Assembly (NCBI GenBank): GCA_964016885.1 | Contig: OZ024743.1 | Location: 99,076,001 to 99,140,000 of the forward strand | Length of the DNA stretch: 64,000 nt | Source: Eledone cirrhosa | Taxonomy: Eukaryota | Direction of reading: 5' to 3' | Part shown: piece after piece, positions 27,311 to 44,400 of the stretch | Layout of the letters: every line of letters starts with the position of its first letter | Numbering within the stretch: position 1 is the first letter of the stretch | Translations under genes and position numbers: made by a program | Notes under the pieces: model-generated | Databases searched by the model: none | What the model was told of the DNA's origin: nothing | Seen by the model: only the letters and a program-made list of their open reading frames with translations

Positions 27311-29735
27311 TTTCCTGGTGATAACGAGGAGAAAGGAGAAAAACAAGCAGTGTTGCTACTGATGGCTGACATAAGTACACAGGTAAGTCCAGCATTACGT
27401 AAGAGAGGGGGAGTAAATCTGTCTCCATAAGAAGGGCAGGTAAATGTGCTAAGTGTTGGAGAGTCAGTATAACAAAGTCTACATTCTAACATGTTCTATT
27501 TACATGTTACACATTATGTTAATAATTATTTTAAAACCTACCGTTTATTGCTCCCCTTTAATTGTACACTGAGTGGCTAGAGAACTGGATTCGCAATTGT
27601 GAGGTTATGAGTTCGATTCCCGGACCGGGCGATGCATTATGTATTTGAGAAAGACACTTTATTTCACGTTGCTCCTTATACCTGGAGTTGTGACCAATAG
27701 ATAGTATTAGCAATTGGAAAGACCAAGGGAAACATTGTTCCCTTGGTCCGATTTGACGGAAGTCGATCGTTCCTTTTATAATCATGACATTTTAACAAGA
27801 TGTAATACACCTGATAATCTTTTATTTAAAATGTTTATGACTGGAAATATTTCACATTTTGGAATGATTGTTTATTATTGTGTATATTATATACATAGAC
27901 AGCAAATTGGCAGAGTAATCAGAATAATCAGGATACTGTAGTGTCTGGTTCACTGTGCTCTGAGTTCAAATATAACCAACGTTAACTTTGTCTTTTGTCC
28001 TGTGCTACAAAGTGAACCATAAAACCCAGACATTCCATGGTAGTATTAATACTGCTTGACATTGATAGAGGAATTGATACTATTGGGAGTCACTGAAACT
28101 GCTGAGATCTCCAGTTGGCAGCTGATGAAAGGTATATGTCTTATATGTAGAACATAAGCAGATCAAAAATTTATAAAAATTCCATCACTCAAAAAATGAC
28201 AACAGCAACAAAAAAAAAAGTCAGATCTTTAGATAAAGGATTATCAAGTGTAAGCAGTGTTTTGGAAGAATCATTAGAGCATTGGATAGAATGTTTAGCA
28301 GTATTTATTCTGGCTCTCTGCACTGAGGTCAATTTTGCCTTTCTTCCTATAAAGATCAATAAAACAAAAGTACCAGCCCAGTATTGGGGTAGATTCTTCT
28401 TCTATATCTCTTTCTCACTTCTCTTTATTACTATCTTTCTCTTGAAGAAATTGGCTGTATTAAGGCTTGGAGAGGGATAGGCTCTGCCAGGTTTAAAATG
28501 CCTTATAACATTCTTAGGAATTATGGGTTCATTCATACTGTACTGGCCATTTTACAAGCTTAGCTAAATCCAGGTTTGGTTCAGAGAGTAAACATATTTT
28601 AAACTTTTCACTGAACTGGCAAAGTAAAACCTTATGAAGAAATAATTATTTGCATTGGGTTGACGATGATGATGATGATGATGGGTTATTGAAAGAATAA
28701 GAAATATTAACAGTTTATTCTAAAGTTCTGTTTTCTACAAAGGTTTCAAAACATTTCTGAATGTTTTTCTGGAAGAGTTAAGATAAGATTGTATGTAGGT
28801 CATTCTATTCACCTATTAAACCCAGTTAAATTCGCCTGTTAAAATCAAAACAAATTCATATAAACAACCAATCAACTGATTGGTTTTATTCATCTAAATG
28901 AAAGAGTGTTCTGTCTGTGATTCATGCCTGAAGAGCGACATTAATTTGCACAGTTTTATATGTAACTTCATCAACAATAAGACTGCTACATCATTTTTCT
29001 TTATAAGGTTGTAAGCTTCTTCTTCTCCCAAGTGTGAAATTCATACAAATGAAATGCTAAAACAACAGACAAAGGAAGGAAGTTGTTCAGAGTGAAATAA
29101 AGACATAACATTAGAAAGCTGCAAAAACTGTTTGAAGGAATGATTTCATTGAAAGTATCTTCCAATGTATTTGACAAGTTGTTTCCTCATAACAGTTATA
29201 GCAGTTATAGCTAGGTGGTTTAGTTACCTAGAAAAAGAGTTCAGATATAACAAATCTTGACAGGTTACTGCCACCACATTAGAAAAGACAAGTTAATTGC
29301 TTGCAGTAACTATGGATGAAGCAAAACTACTTGTATAGTTTCTAACTTTCAAACCACTCAATACATTTGTTGGATAAGTAGTATTTTGAGGGGAGATTTA
29401 TGATCTGAATCTCTTTCTTTTTCACCCTACCCCACCACAAACATCTAATCATTGGCATTAATATTTTATCCCCAAGAACACATTGCTGAAATAAATAATT
29501 TTACAAAGAAAAAAAAATGATAATAATAATAACAATAAATATCAACTGTCCAATTTTGCCATCATGTAGAACGGAAGCAGATATATTGAGACAAGTGTAG
29601 TGAGAATGAAGTGAAGTTTGGTGAAATATAAGTCAGTCCAGAGTTTACATTGAACAATTTTTTCATTGCAGCAAACCAATACTGTGCTCGAGTTTCCACT
29701 CTATCAGAATAACAACCCCAGATGAAGTTTTGCCT

Positions 29736-30683
29736 TCATCATCATCATCATCGTTTAACGTCCATATTCCACGCTTGCATGGGTTTGGACGGGAGTTTTC
29801 CCACTTGAGGCAAGGGTGATTGTCTTGCTCGCATAGGACTGTTTGGCGGGTTTTCTACAGCTGGATGCCCTTCCTAACACCAACCACATTTACAGTGTGT
29901 ACTGGGAGGTTTTTACCGTGTTGCCTACACGGCCACATTACAGCGTGGACTGTGTGTTTTTTTGTCGTGACACCTACACGACCTCATTTGTTTCGGGCTG
30001 GATATTGTGACACCAACATAACTTTACATTGAAAGGGGTGGTGTGGATGGGGTGGGAGTAGTGGGACGGAGGTGTATTTTGTTAGAGGTGCCTACTGACT
30101 GTAGTAGGTTTCACTTTGTACTTAGGGAAGGCGGGTCTTCTCTATTACTGTGTAGCGCCAAAGCTCTCGGTCCAGTGACATTGTCTTGGAGAGGTGTAAG
30201 TGTGTGAGGTCGGAATTTATCAAGTCGTCCCAGGTTTTTCTGGGTCTGCCTACTCTGTGGCTACCGTCTATTTTTATTGCCCTGCACTTTTTTATACAGC
30301 TGTCGTCTTTAATGCGCATCACGTGACCATACCAACGTAGTCTTCTCTCGAGTAAACAACATCTGATCCCTCTTATTTCTAATTTCTCCCTTAGTTCGTT
30401 TATGCTTTGCCGTTCACGTATATTACTGTTACACATCCAGCGGAGCATGCAAGCTTCGTTCCTCTCTAGTCTGCGTATATCCTCTGCACATAATGCCCAG
30501 GTCTCACTGCCATGTAACATTGCTGTTCGTATGCAGGCATCGTACAACCTGCCTTTCATTTTTAGTGAGAACCCTTTAGCAGCTAATAGTGGTATAAGCT
30601 CTCTGAACTTTTTCCATCCAGTTCTGACTCTAGCTACTGTACTTTCAGAGCACCCTCCCCCACTACTGATTTTGTCACCCATA
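29736..30683 (-). mobile_element. 5'-truncated RTE LINE, family B
   Basis: ORF 30122-30682 (GDKISSGGGCSES...RLRWYGHV...GRPRKTW); 3' UTR distinct from family A. Confidence 0.92.
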
Positions 30684-31417
30684 CCTTATATATACGACCA
30701 GTTTGCCTTGATTAACTCGTCACAGTGAGATAGTCTATCCCAGTCACGAAACATCAGATCTCTTACAGTTATCTAGAGCTGAAGAAGTAATCTATAATGT
30801 GATAAAGGTATCTGACCTGAGCAGTAAACCAAAGCTTTTAGGATTGTGGCTTTCCTCCTTATACTTTGTAATATTTAAAATGTAAATAAAAAAAAAGAAA
30901 GAAAAGGAGCCGATTGTTAGCTTGGATCAAAGAAACCATATTTTTCTTGGTCCTTCTTTTGCTCATAGTATGTGCAGAAGGAGCTGAGATTTGAAGTCAG
31001 AATATAGAGAACCAGACGAGATACCACAAAGCAACCTATTTCACTCTTTAACAATTCTGTCTATTCATCTCGTGGATTGGTACTTTATTTATCAACCTTC
31101 CAAAAGGATTTTAAAGCAAAGTTGACTTCAGCAGGATTTGAACTCAGAGTGCAGAGAGATGGAACAAAAACCAAAGTATTTAATCTAATGCTCTGACCAC
31201 TTTGCCAATTTACTGCCTGTAAACAAAAGTAACATTTCTAAAGATAGATTAACCCCAAAAGAACAAAAAGTATAGTTGCCACTGGTGGGATTTCAACTCA
31301 GAGTGCAGAGAGCTTGGAGCAATTGCAGAGGCATTTAACCCAGCTCTCTGATGACGGCTAATTTGTCATTTGCAAACAGGAATAAATGTTTTAAAGATGA
31401 ATCAATAATATTGAATG

Positions 31418-31640
31418 GTGGGCGATGGATTCACAGAATTGTTAGAGCACTGGACAACATGCCCTTTGTGGCATTTAGTCACAGCCCTTTACATTCTGTG
31501 TTCTAATCTTATCAAGGTCAACTTTGCCTTCATTCTACCAGATTGATAAAATAAAGTACCAGTCATATTCTGGGGTTGATGTAATCAAGTTACACCTCTT
31601 TTCAAATTACTGACCTTCTTCCTAAATTAGAAATCAATAT
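31418..31640 (+). mobile_element. Diverged SINE (family S1)
   Basis: Core AACTTTGCCTTCATTC...GATAAAATAAAGTACCAG. Confidence 0.65.
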
Positions 31641-31734
31641 TGAATGATGGAAGTTAGTATGGGAATTTTAACTTTTAATATCCTTTACCACATGAAACCA
31701 CATTAGCAAGACATTCTTACAAAGTAGCACTATC

Positions 31735-32295
31735 ACTACATCATCACCATTTAACATCCATTTTTCCATGCTGACATGGTTAGATGAGTTATCCTGTTGT
31801 GAGCAATGTTAGGTCAGGTGGCCATGTCATGCTTATACAGAACCAATTTTTGGCTTGGTTTCTACAGCTGGATGCCCTTTTTAGTGCCAACTTCATTTAC
31901 AGTGAGTACTGGATGCTTTTTGCCATGACACCTACATGACCACTTTACAGTGTGAACTGTGTGCTTTTTGCCATGACACCTACATGACCACTTTGCAGTG
32001 TGGACTGGGTACTTTTTGTTGTGACACCTACACGACCACTTTACAGTGTGGACTGGGTACTTTTTGTTGTGACACCTACATGACCACTTTACAGTGTGGA
32101 CTGGGTACTTTTTGTTGTGACACCTACACGACCACTTTACAGTGTGGACTGGGTGCTTTTTGCCATGACACCTACATGACCACTTTACATTGTGGGCTGG
32201 GTACTTTTTGCTGTGACACCTACACGACCACTTTACAATGTGGACTGGGTGCCTTTTACCATGACACCTAGATGACTACTTTACAGTGTGTGTGG
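31735..32295 (-). repeat. RTE 3' UTR whose 48-bp subrepeat has expanded to about 8 tandem units
   Basis: 48-nt period (16-aa repeat in the ORF track) at about 31905-32290, contiguous with the RTE UTR. Confidence 0.85.
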
Positions 32296-32515
32296 GGCTA
32301 GGCAACATTAAACATTAAAGTCCTCAGCTTACTGCACATTTTCACAATGACTTGTCCAATAGAAAAGTTACTGTAAGCATATGAATTAACAAGGTTTTAG
32401 ATATTTTCTGCTAAATCATTAAAGGATATTAAGAGTTAAGCCAAATACAATTGATACCAGAGCTCCTATTAAAGCTTCATTTAATTTTATCATTGCTAAG
32501 TAGTTTATGTATATA

Positions 32516-34700
<2,185 letters not shown>

Positions 34701-35449
34701 TTACAATGATTTAACTGCTTCTTGGCTTAAATATAGACACCTCATGCCTACCATACAAACATTTAATTTTGCTTCATATGTAAGAACCTGTGGTAAGTTA
34801 TGTTCCAAACACCAGCTTAAAGAAAGAGTTAATCCTTCCAAATTCATTATTATTTTCAAAATTATTTGAAACGCATAGGTAGTATTTTTCATTAGAAATA
34901 TGGCAATGAAAGTGTTAACCCTTTGATACCAAACCACCTAAAATTGCTCCTGGTTTTATGGCACAAACTGTTTATTTTAATGTGTTTATATTTATTTAGA
35001 AATAATTTCATGTAACCTTCGTTAAGTAATGTTTCAAAAACCAGTTTTAAAAAGTTATTTTGATTATTTTCAAAACATTTGAAAATTCTAGGCTGTGTAA
35101 TTCAATACAAATATGATAATGAAAAGGTTAAACACAAGATTTTAAGAAGAATTTTCTGTTTAATAGATTTCTTCTGGAAAGAAAATACATAGTTGTTGTT
35201 AGTCACATGTCAGCTTTAATTAAATAGAGTTATGAGCAAAGGTTTCTGGCCACATTTTCACTTTTTATTTTTAGAGATATGTGTACTTGACACTATATAA
35301 GCTAGTGCATCTTTCTTTTTTTCAAGATGGTAGAGAATACGTTGAAGGAGATTTTACTGCTATATATAATAAGTCAATTGATCACATAATGATGCCTTTT
35401 TGCAACAGACCCAAGCTTCACTACACAACAAGCTATTGAAATATCAGCC

Positions 35450-35640
35450 AACTCTCTGATAAGTTAGTCATTGAACCTGTAGCAGTGGAGATTTCTGGTG
35501 TTCTTGGTCCCTGGACCACCTCCCTACTTACTACAGGACAGAGTTGGCCACCTGCAGGAGTGAGCACTGAAACTGAATGACTATTTCAACATGTCTCCCT
35601 CACTAGAGCAACACGTTTTCCATTCTGGCCACTGGGACTA
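35450..35640 (+). pseudogene. Degenerate C-terminus of a restriction-like endonuclease, CRE-like retrotransposon relic
   Basis: EPVAVEISGVLGP...LFQHVSL...NTFSILATG resembles the PxAVETxGxxG...LFQRLS...RGN signature. Confidence 0.5.
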
Positions 35641-36338
35641 GGGGGTAGCCAGCGAGCACTCACCCATACCATCTGGACCTGTGTCATTGGGGTAGTGATG
35701 TTTGAACACACTTTGGGGATTTAAGGCAACTGTGACAATACTTTTGTAATGGGAACATATTTGATCATGTAAATGTTTAACTGTTAACTAATTTTGTCAT
35801 TATCAATTTGGTGATTGAAGCTTCCACAACAGAAAGATGGTGAATTGCACATAGTTTTGAAGAAGGCATAACCATCCCATCTTTACATTTTCTCATTTAT
35901 AAAATGCTCAAAGAATTTTGCCAATGATACAAAATCAATATGCTATGTTAAATTATGGAATTCACACAGACTAGTCTATGCCATGACATAACGGCTAAAT
36001 GTATTCTTGTCTACTTTGTGACAATGTCATTGAAGACATCTATGACAGCTCAATCTTCTGAAGTCTTAGAAGACATATTGAGATATCTGAAGTCTATTAA
36101 GTAACATCCATTAAAGAATACATACACGAGTTATCATTGGAAGCTGTGTTTGTATGTCTGTATATTATATACTGAGTGAGATAGGTTAAATAAGAAGTGA
36201 ACTAAGTTTACAAACACACATATACACAAAGACATCTTAGGTAACTGTCTTCTACTATAGCTTTGGATTGACCAATACCCTGTGAGTGAAAATTGGTAGA
36301 TGGAAACTATGTGGAAGCCCATTATATATATATATATA

Positions 36339-37106
36339 TCATCATCATCATCATCAACGTTTAACGTCCGTGTTCCACGCTTGCATGGGTTTGGACGGGG
36401 GTTTTCCCACTTGAGGCAAGAGTGATTGTCTTGCTCGCATAGGACTGTCTGGCGGGTTTTCTACAGCTGGATGCCCTTCCTAACACCAACCACATTTACA
36501 GTGTGGGGCTGGGAGGTTTTTACCGTGTTGCCTACACGGCCACATTACAGCGTGGACTGTCTGGCGGGTTTTCTACAGCTGGATTCCCTTCCTAACACCA
36601 ACCACATTTACAGTGTAGGGCTGGGAGGTTTTTACCGTGTTGCCTACACGGCCACATTACAGCGTGGACTGTGTGTTTTTTGTCGTGATACCTACACGAT
36701 CTCATTTGTTTCGGCCTGGATGTTGTGGCACCAACATAACTTTACATTTAAAGGGGCGGTGTGGATGGGGTGGGGGTGGTGGGACGGGGGTGTATTTTGT
36801 TAGAGATGCCTACTGACTGTAGTAGGTTTTACTTTGTATTTAGGTAAGGCGGGTCTTCTCTATTACTGAGTACCGCCAAAGGTCTCGGTCCAGTGACATT
36901 GTCTTGGAGAGGTGTAAGTGTGTGAGGTCGGAATTTATCAGCTCGTCCCAGGTTTTTCTGGGTCTGCCTACTTCGTGGCTACCGTCTATCTTTATTGCCC
37001 TGCACTTTGTTATACAGCTGTCGTCTTTCATGCGCATCACGTGACCATACCAACGTAGCCTTCTCTCGAGTAAACAACATCTGATCCCTCTTATTTCTAA
37101 TTTTTT

Positions 37107-37110
<4 letters not shown>
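36339..37110 (-). mobile_element. 5'-truncated RTE LINE, family B, with a duplicated 3' UTR block
   Basis: MRMKDDSCITKC...GRPRKTW; about 114-bp tandem duplication in the UTR; TA flanks. Confidence 0.9.
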
Positions 37111-37166
<56 letters not shown>

Positions 37167-37279
37167 TATGGTATAGTCCGGTAACTCCTGATGGAGTCGT
37201 AGGGGTGCTGTATATCAGTGTATATCAATGTTTCTTGGGTATTTTTTTAAGCCTGGTAGAGCCCACCCCTCTCCAGGCT

Positions 37280-37317
<38 letters not shown>

Positions 37318-38239
37318 TATGTAAATGTGTATGTTTATGTTTTCTTTTTCAGTGTTTAAACTTTGCTGTTTGTTTATGTTTCTATACTCAGCTGTTCTTC
37401 AAGGAAGTGCCCCAGCTTCAGTCTAATAACAAAAATAAATGATATAATAAAAGATTGAGCAAAAGAAAAAAGCAAAACCCCAAAAAAGAAAAACAAACCA
37501 CCGAAGTTGGAATTATTGAAAGAAAAATTAACGATAAAATCTATACATAGCAAAACTTAAATTTCTTCTTTCTTTTAGTAAACTGCAAAATTAGAATTTT
37601 TGTTCTGTCTTCTCTGGCTAATAGCTATTATCTGTACTAAAATTGGAACCACATTACACAAATTATTGGATTCATTTTGTTTTTCTTAATATAAAACCTT
37701 CAGAAATGAGAATAGATTTACAATAATAACAACTAGAAAGATAACTGGCATTGCTCAGGAAATAAAGCATGCAATTGATGGTGAAATGTTTGAATGAGAA
37801 TGATGGTAATTCTGTATAAATTTATTATTTTAGACAAAATATTTTATATTTTTAGAAGCATTGAGAGAATTATGAATTTTGAATGTGTGTTAACTTAAAG
37901 TGAATGGCTTCAACAAAAGGTTTTGACTATGAAAAACAGTTTTAAAAGTTGTGAGATCATTTTTCAGAGTTAAAACCCTGTGAAGAAACTGTTAACTTTA
38001 AGCTAACATACATTCAAAATTCCCAACTTTTTAGATTATTTGTAACAGAAATAGACAATTATTTACTAGTTTTTAAAATTTTACATTTCAATAATCCACT
38101 ATAAAAGGAAATAAGAAAGGTGTTTGAGCATGACAATCTAGCCATGGCAATCTAGCTAATACATTTCCAAGATCCAGCTCAACCTCCTCTCCATCTCCAG
38201 TACCTTTCATAAACACTTTAAATGTAGTTGTCACATTAT

Positions 38240-38424
38240 GTGAATTGGCAGTATGAGTAGAGGGTTGGACATGCTCTGCAGCGTAGTTACGTCCCTTTAC
38301 GATCTAAGTTCAAATCCCACCGAGGTTAACTTAGCCTTTCATCCTTACAGGGTCGATAAAATAAAGTACCAGTAATGTACTGGGTAATTGCTGGCCTTGT
38401 GCCAAATGTTGAAACAATTATTTA
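38240..38424 (+). mobile_element. SINE (family S1)
   Basis: AAGTTCAAATCCC B-box plus core. Confidence 0.8.
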
Positions 38425-38490
38425 TCAATTTCCCACGGCATCTTCGATGTACTCACACAGTATATATCATATTCAATGAAGTTCACTGCA

Positions 38491-41400
38491 ACACCTTTTC
38501 TCTACACTGCCACACCTTCCTCTTCTTTCTCCCTCAGTAGGACTGACACCTTTTCTCTACACTGCCACCGTCCTCTTCTTTCTCCCTCAGTAGGACTGAC
38601 ACCTTTTCTCTACACTGCCACACCTTCCTCTTCTTTCTCCCTCAGTAGGACTAACACCTTTTCTCTACACTGCCACACCTTCCTCTTCTTTCTCCCTTAG
38701 TAGGACTGACACCTTTTCTCTACACTGCCACACCTTCCTCTTCTTTCTCCCTCAGTAGCACTGACACCTTTTCTCTACACTGCCACCTTCCTCTTCTTTC
38801 TACCTCAGTAGGACTAACACCTTTTCTCTACACTGCCACACCTTCCTCTTCTTTCTCCCTCAGTAGGACTAACACCTTTTCTCTACACTGCCACACCTTC
38901 CTCTTCTTTCTCCCTCAGTAAGACTAACACCTTTTCTCTACACTGCCACACCTTCCTCTTCTTTCTCCCTCAGTAAGACTAACACCTTTTCTCTACACTG
39001 CCACACCTTCCTCTTCTTTCTCCCTCAGTAGGACTAACACCTTTTCTCTACACTGCCACACCTTCCTCTTCTTTCTCCCTCAGTAGGACTAACACCTTTT
39101 CTCTACACTGCCACACCTTCCTCTTCTTTCTCCCTCAGTAGGACTGACACATTTTCTCTACACTGCCACCTTCCTCTTCTTTCTCCCTCAGTAGGATTGA
39201 CACCTTTTCTCTACACTGCCACACCTTCCTCTTCTTTCTACCTCAGTAGGACTGACCTTTTCTCTACACTGCCACACCTTCCTCTTCTTTCTCCCTCAGT
39301 AGGACTGACACCTTTTCTCTACACTGCCACACCTTCCTCTTCTTTCTCCCTCAGTAGGACTGACACCTTTTCTCTACACTGCCACACCTTCCTCTTCTTT
39401 CTCCCTCAGTAGGACTGACACCTTTTCTCTACACTGCCACACCTTCCTCTTCTTTCTCCCTCAGTAGGACTGACACCTTTTCTCTACACTGCCACACCTT
39501 CCTCTTCTTTCTCCCTCAGTAGGACTGACACCTTTTCTCTACACTGCCACACCTTCCTCTTCTTTCTCCCTCAGTAGGACTGACCTTTTCTCTACACTGC
39601 CACACCTTCCTCTTCTTTCTCCCTCAGTAGGACTGACACCTTTTCTCTACACTGCCACCTTCCACTTCTTTCTCCCTCAGTAGGACTGACACCTTTTCTC
39701 TACACTGCCACACCTTCCTCTTCTTTCTCCCTCAGTAGGACTGACACCTTTTCTCTACACTGCCACCTTCCACTTCTTTCTCCCTCAGTAGGACTGACAC
39801 CTTTTCTCTACACTGCCACCTTCCTCTTCTTTCTCCCTCAGTAAGACTAACACCTTTTCTCTACACTGCCACACCTTCCTCTTCTTTCTCCCCCAGTAGG
39901 ACTGACACCTTTTCTCTACACTGCCACCTTCCTCTTCTTTCTCCCTCAGTAAGACTAACACATTTTCTCTACACTGCCACACCTTCCTCTTCTTTCTCCC
40001 TCAGTAGGACTGACACCTTTTCTCTACACTGCCACACCTTCCTCTTCTTTCTCCCTCAGTAGGACTAACACCTTTTCTCTACACTGCCACCTTCCTCTTC
40101 TTTCTCCCTCAGTAGGACTGACACCTTTTCTCTACACTGCCACACCTTCCTCTTCTTTCTCCCTCAGTAAGACTAACACCTTTTCTCTACACTGCCACCT
40201 TCCTCTTCTTTCTCCCCCAGTAGGACTGACACCTTTTCTCTACACTGCCACACCTTCCTCTTCTTTCTCCCCCAGTAGGACTGACACCTTTTCTCTACAC
40301 TGCCACACCTTCCTCTTCTTTCTCCCTCAGTAAGACTAACACCTTTTCTCTACACTGCCACACCTTCCTCTTCTTTCTCCCCCAGTAGGACAGACACCTT
40401 TTCTCTACACTGCCACACCTTCCTCTTCTTTCTCCCTCAGTAGGACTGACACCTTTTCTCTACACTGCCACACCTTCCTCTTCTTTCTCCCTCAGTAGGA
40501 TTGACACCTTTTCTCTACACTGCCACACCTTCCTCTTCTTTCTCCCTCAGTAGGACTGACACCTTTTCTCTACACTGCCACACCTTCCCCTTCTTTCTCC
40601 CTCAGTAGGACTGACACCTTTTCTCTACACTGCCACACCTTCCTCTTCTTTCTCCCTCAGTAGGACTAACACCTTTTCTCTACACTGCCACACCTTCCTC
40701 TTCTTTCTCCCTCAGTAGGACAGACACCTTTTCTCTACACTGCCACACCTTCCTCTTCTTTCTCCCTCAGTAGGACTAACACCTTTTCTCTACACTGCCA
40801 CCTTCCTCTTCTTTCTCCCTCAGTAGGACTAACACCTTTTCTCTACACTGCCACCTTCCTCTTCTTTCTCCCTCAGTAGGACTAACACCTATTCTCTACA
40901 CTGTCACAATCCTCTTCTTTCTCCCTCAGTAGGACTGACACCTTTTCTCTACACTGCCACACCTTCCCCTTCTTTCTCCCTCAGTAGGACTGACACCTTT
41001 TCTCTACACTGCCACCTTCCTCTTCTTTCTCCCTCAGTAGGACTGACACCTTTTCTCTACACTGCCACACCTTCCTCTTCTTTCTCCCTCAGTAGGACTG
41101 ACACCTTTTCTCTACACTTCCACACCTTCCTCTTCTTTCTCCCTCAGTAGGACTGACACCTTTTCTCTACACTGCCACACCTTCCTCTTCTTTCTCCCTC
41201 AGTAGGACTGACACCTTTTCTCTACACTGGCACACCTTCCTCTTCTTTCTCCCTCAGTAGGACTGACACCTTTTCTCTACACTGCCACACCTTCCTCTTC
41301 TTTCTCCCTCAGTAGGACTGACACCTTTTCTCTACACTGCCACACCTTCCACTTCTTTCTCCCTCAGTAGGACTGACACCTTTTCTCTACACTTCCACAC

Positions 41401-44400
41401 CTTCCTCTTCTTTCTCCCTCAGTAGGACTGACACCTTTTCTCCACACTGCCACACCTTCCTCTTCTTTCTCCCTCAGTAGGACTGACACCTTTTCACACT
41501 GCCACACCTTCCCCTTCTTTCTCCCTCAGTAGGACTGACACCTTTTCTCTACACTGCCACACCTTCCTCTTCTTTCTCCCTCAGTAGGACTGACACCTTT
41601 TTCTCTACACTGCCACACCTTCCTCTTCTTTCTCCCTCAGTAGGACTGACACCTTTTCTCTACACTGCCACACCTTCCTCTTCTTTCTCCCTCAGTAGGA
41701 CTGACACCTTTTCTCTACACTGCCACACCTTCCTCTTCTTTCTCCCCCAGTAGGACTGACACCTTTTCTCTACACTGCCACCTTCCTCTTCTTTCTCCCT
41801 CAGTAAGACTAACACCTTTTCTCTACACTGCCACACCTTCCTCTTCTTTCTCCCTCAGTAGGACTGACACCTTTTCTCTACACTGCCACACCTTCCTCTT
41901 CTTTCTCCCTCAGTAGGACTAACACCTTTTCTCTACACTGCCACCCTTCCTCTTCTTTCTCCCTCAGTAGGACTGACACCTTTTCTCTACACTGCCACAC
42001 CTTCCTCTTCTTTCTCCTCAGTAAGACTAACACCTTTTCTCTACACTGCCACCTTCCTCTTCTTTCTCCCCCAGTAGGACTGACACCTTTTCTCTACACT
42101 GCCACACCTTCCTCTTCTTTCTCCCCCAGTAGGACTGACACCTTTTCTCTACACTGCCACACCTTCCTCTTCTTTCTCCCCCAGTAGGACTGACACCTTT
42201 TCTCTACACTGCCACACCTTCCTCTTCTTTCTCCCTCAGTAAGACTAACACCTTTTCTCTACACTGCCACACCTTCCTCTTCTTTCTCCCCCAGTAGGAC
42301 AGACACCTTTTCTCTACACTGCCACACCTTCCTCTTCTTTCTCCCTCAGTAGGACTGACACCTTTTCTCTACACTGCCACACCTTCCTCTTCTTTCTCCC
42401 TCAGTAGGATTGACACCTTTTCTCTACACTGCCACACCTTCCTCTTCTTTCTCCCTCAGTAGGACTGACACCTTTTCTCTACACTGCCACACCTTCCCCT
42501 TCTTTCTCCCTCAGTAGGACTGACACCTTTTCTCTACACTGCCACACCTTCCTCTTCTTTCTCCCTCAGTAGGACTAACACCTTTTCTCTACACTGCCAC
42601 ACCTTCCTCTTCTTTCTCCCTCAGTAGGACAGACACCTTTTCTCTACACTGCCACACCTTCCTCTTCTTTCTCCCTCAGTAGGACTAACACCTTTTCTCT
42701 ACACTGCCACCTTCCTCTTCTTTCTCCCTCAGTAGGACTAACACCTTTTCTCTACACTGCCACCTTCCTCTTCTTTCTCCCTCAGTAGGACTAACACCTA
42801 TTCTCTACACTGTCACAATCCTCTTCTTTCTCCCTCAGTAGGACTGACACCTTTTCTCTACACTGCCACACCTTCCCCTTCTTTCTCCCTCAGTAGGACT
42901 GACACCTTTTCTCTACACTGCCACCTTCCTCTTCTTTCTCCCTCAGTAGGACTGACACCTTTTCTCTACACTGCCACACCTTCCTCTTCTTTCTCCCTCA
43001 GTAGGACTGACACCTTTTCTCTACACTTCCACACCTTCCTCTTCTTTCTCCCTCAGTAGGACTGACACCTTTTCTCTACACTGCCACACCTTCCTCTTCT
43101 TTCTCCCTCAGTAGGACTGACACCTTTTCTCTACACTGGCACACCTTCCTCTTCTTTCTCCCTCAGTAGGACTGACACCTTTTCTCTACACTGCCACACC
43201 TTCCTCTTCTTTCTCCCTCAGTAGGACTGACACCTTTTCTCTACACTGCCACACCTTCCACTTCTTTCTCCCTCAGTAGGACTGACACCTTTTCTCTACA
43301 CTTCCACACCTTCCTCTTCTTTCTCCCTCAGTAGGACTGACACCTTTTCTCCACACTGCCACACCTTCCTCTTCTTTCTCCCTCAGTAGGACTGACACCT
43401 TTTCTCTACACTGCCACACCTTCCTCTTCTTTCTCCCTCAGTAGGACTGACCCCTTTTCTCTACACTGCCACACCTTCCTCTTCTTTCTCCCTCAGTAGG
43501 ACTGACCTTTTCTCTACACTGCCACACCTTCCTCTTCTTTCTCCCTCAGTAGGACTGAGACCTTTTCTCTACACTGCCACACCTTCCTCTTCTTTCTCCC
43601 TCAGTAGGACTGACACCTTTTCTCTACACTGCCACACCTTGCTCTTCTTTCTCCCTCAGTAGGACTGAGACCTTTTCTCTACACTGCCACACCTTCCTCT
43701 TCTTTCTCCCTCAGTAGAACTGAGACCTTTCCTCTACACTGCCACACCTTCCTCTTCTTTCTCCCTCAGTAGGACTGACACCTTTTCTCTACACTGCCAC
43801 CTTCCTCTTCTTTCTCCCTCAGTAGGACTAACACCTTTTCTCTACACTGCCACACCTTCCTCTTCTTTCTCCCTCAGTAGAACTGAGACCTTTTCTCTAC
43901 ACTGCCACACCTTCCTCTTCTTTCTCCCTCAGTAGGACTGACACCTTTTCTCTACACTGCCACCTTCCTCTTCTTTCTCCCTCAGTAGGACTAACACCTT
44001 TTCTCTACACTGCCACACCTTCCTCTTCTTTCTCCCTCAGTAGGACTAACACCTTTTCTCTACACTGCCACCTTCCTCTTCTTTCTCCCTCAGTAGGACT
44101 AACACCTTTTCTCTACACTGCCATCTTCCTCTTCTTTCTCCCTCAGTAGGACTAACACCTTTTCTCTACACTGCCACACCTTCCTCTTCTTTCTCCCTCA
44201 GTAGGACTGACACCTTTTCTCTACACTGCCACACCTTCCTCTTCTTTCTCCCTCAGTAAGACTAACACCTTTTCTCTACACTGCTACACCTTCCTCTTCT
44301 TTCTCCCTCAGTAGGACTGACACCTTTTCTCTACACTGCCACACCTTCCTCTTCTTTCTCCCTCAGTAGGACTAACACCTTTTCTCTACACTGCCACACC

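Noticed and set aside
27306-27382. Plus-strand exon ending CAG|GTAAGT
   Set aside because: The acceptor lies in an antisense RTE UTR and there is no recognisable homology; too weak to call
31936-32271. Cys-rich 16-aa repeat protein
   Set aside because: Antisense reading of an expanded RTE 3' UTR repeat
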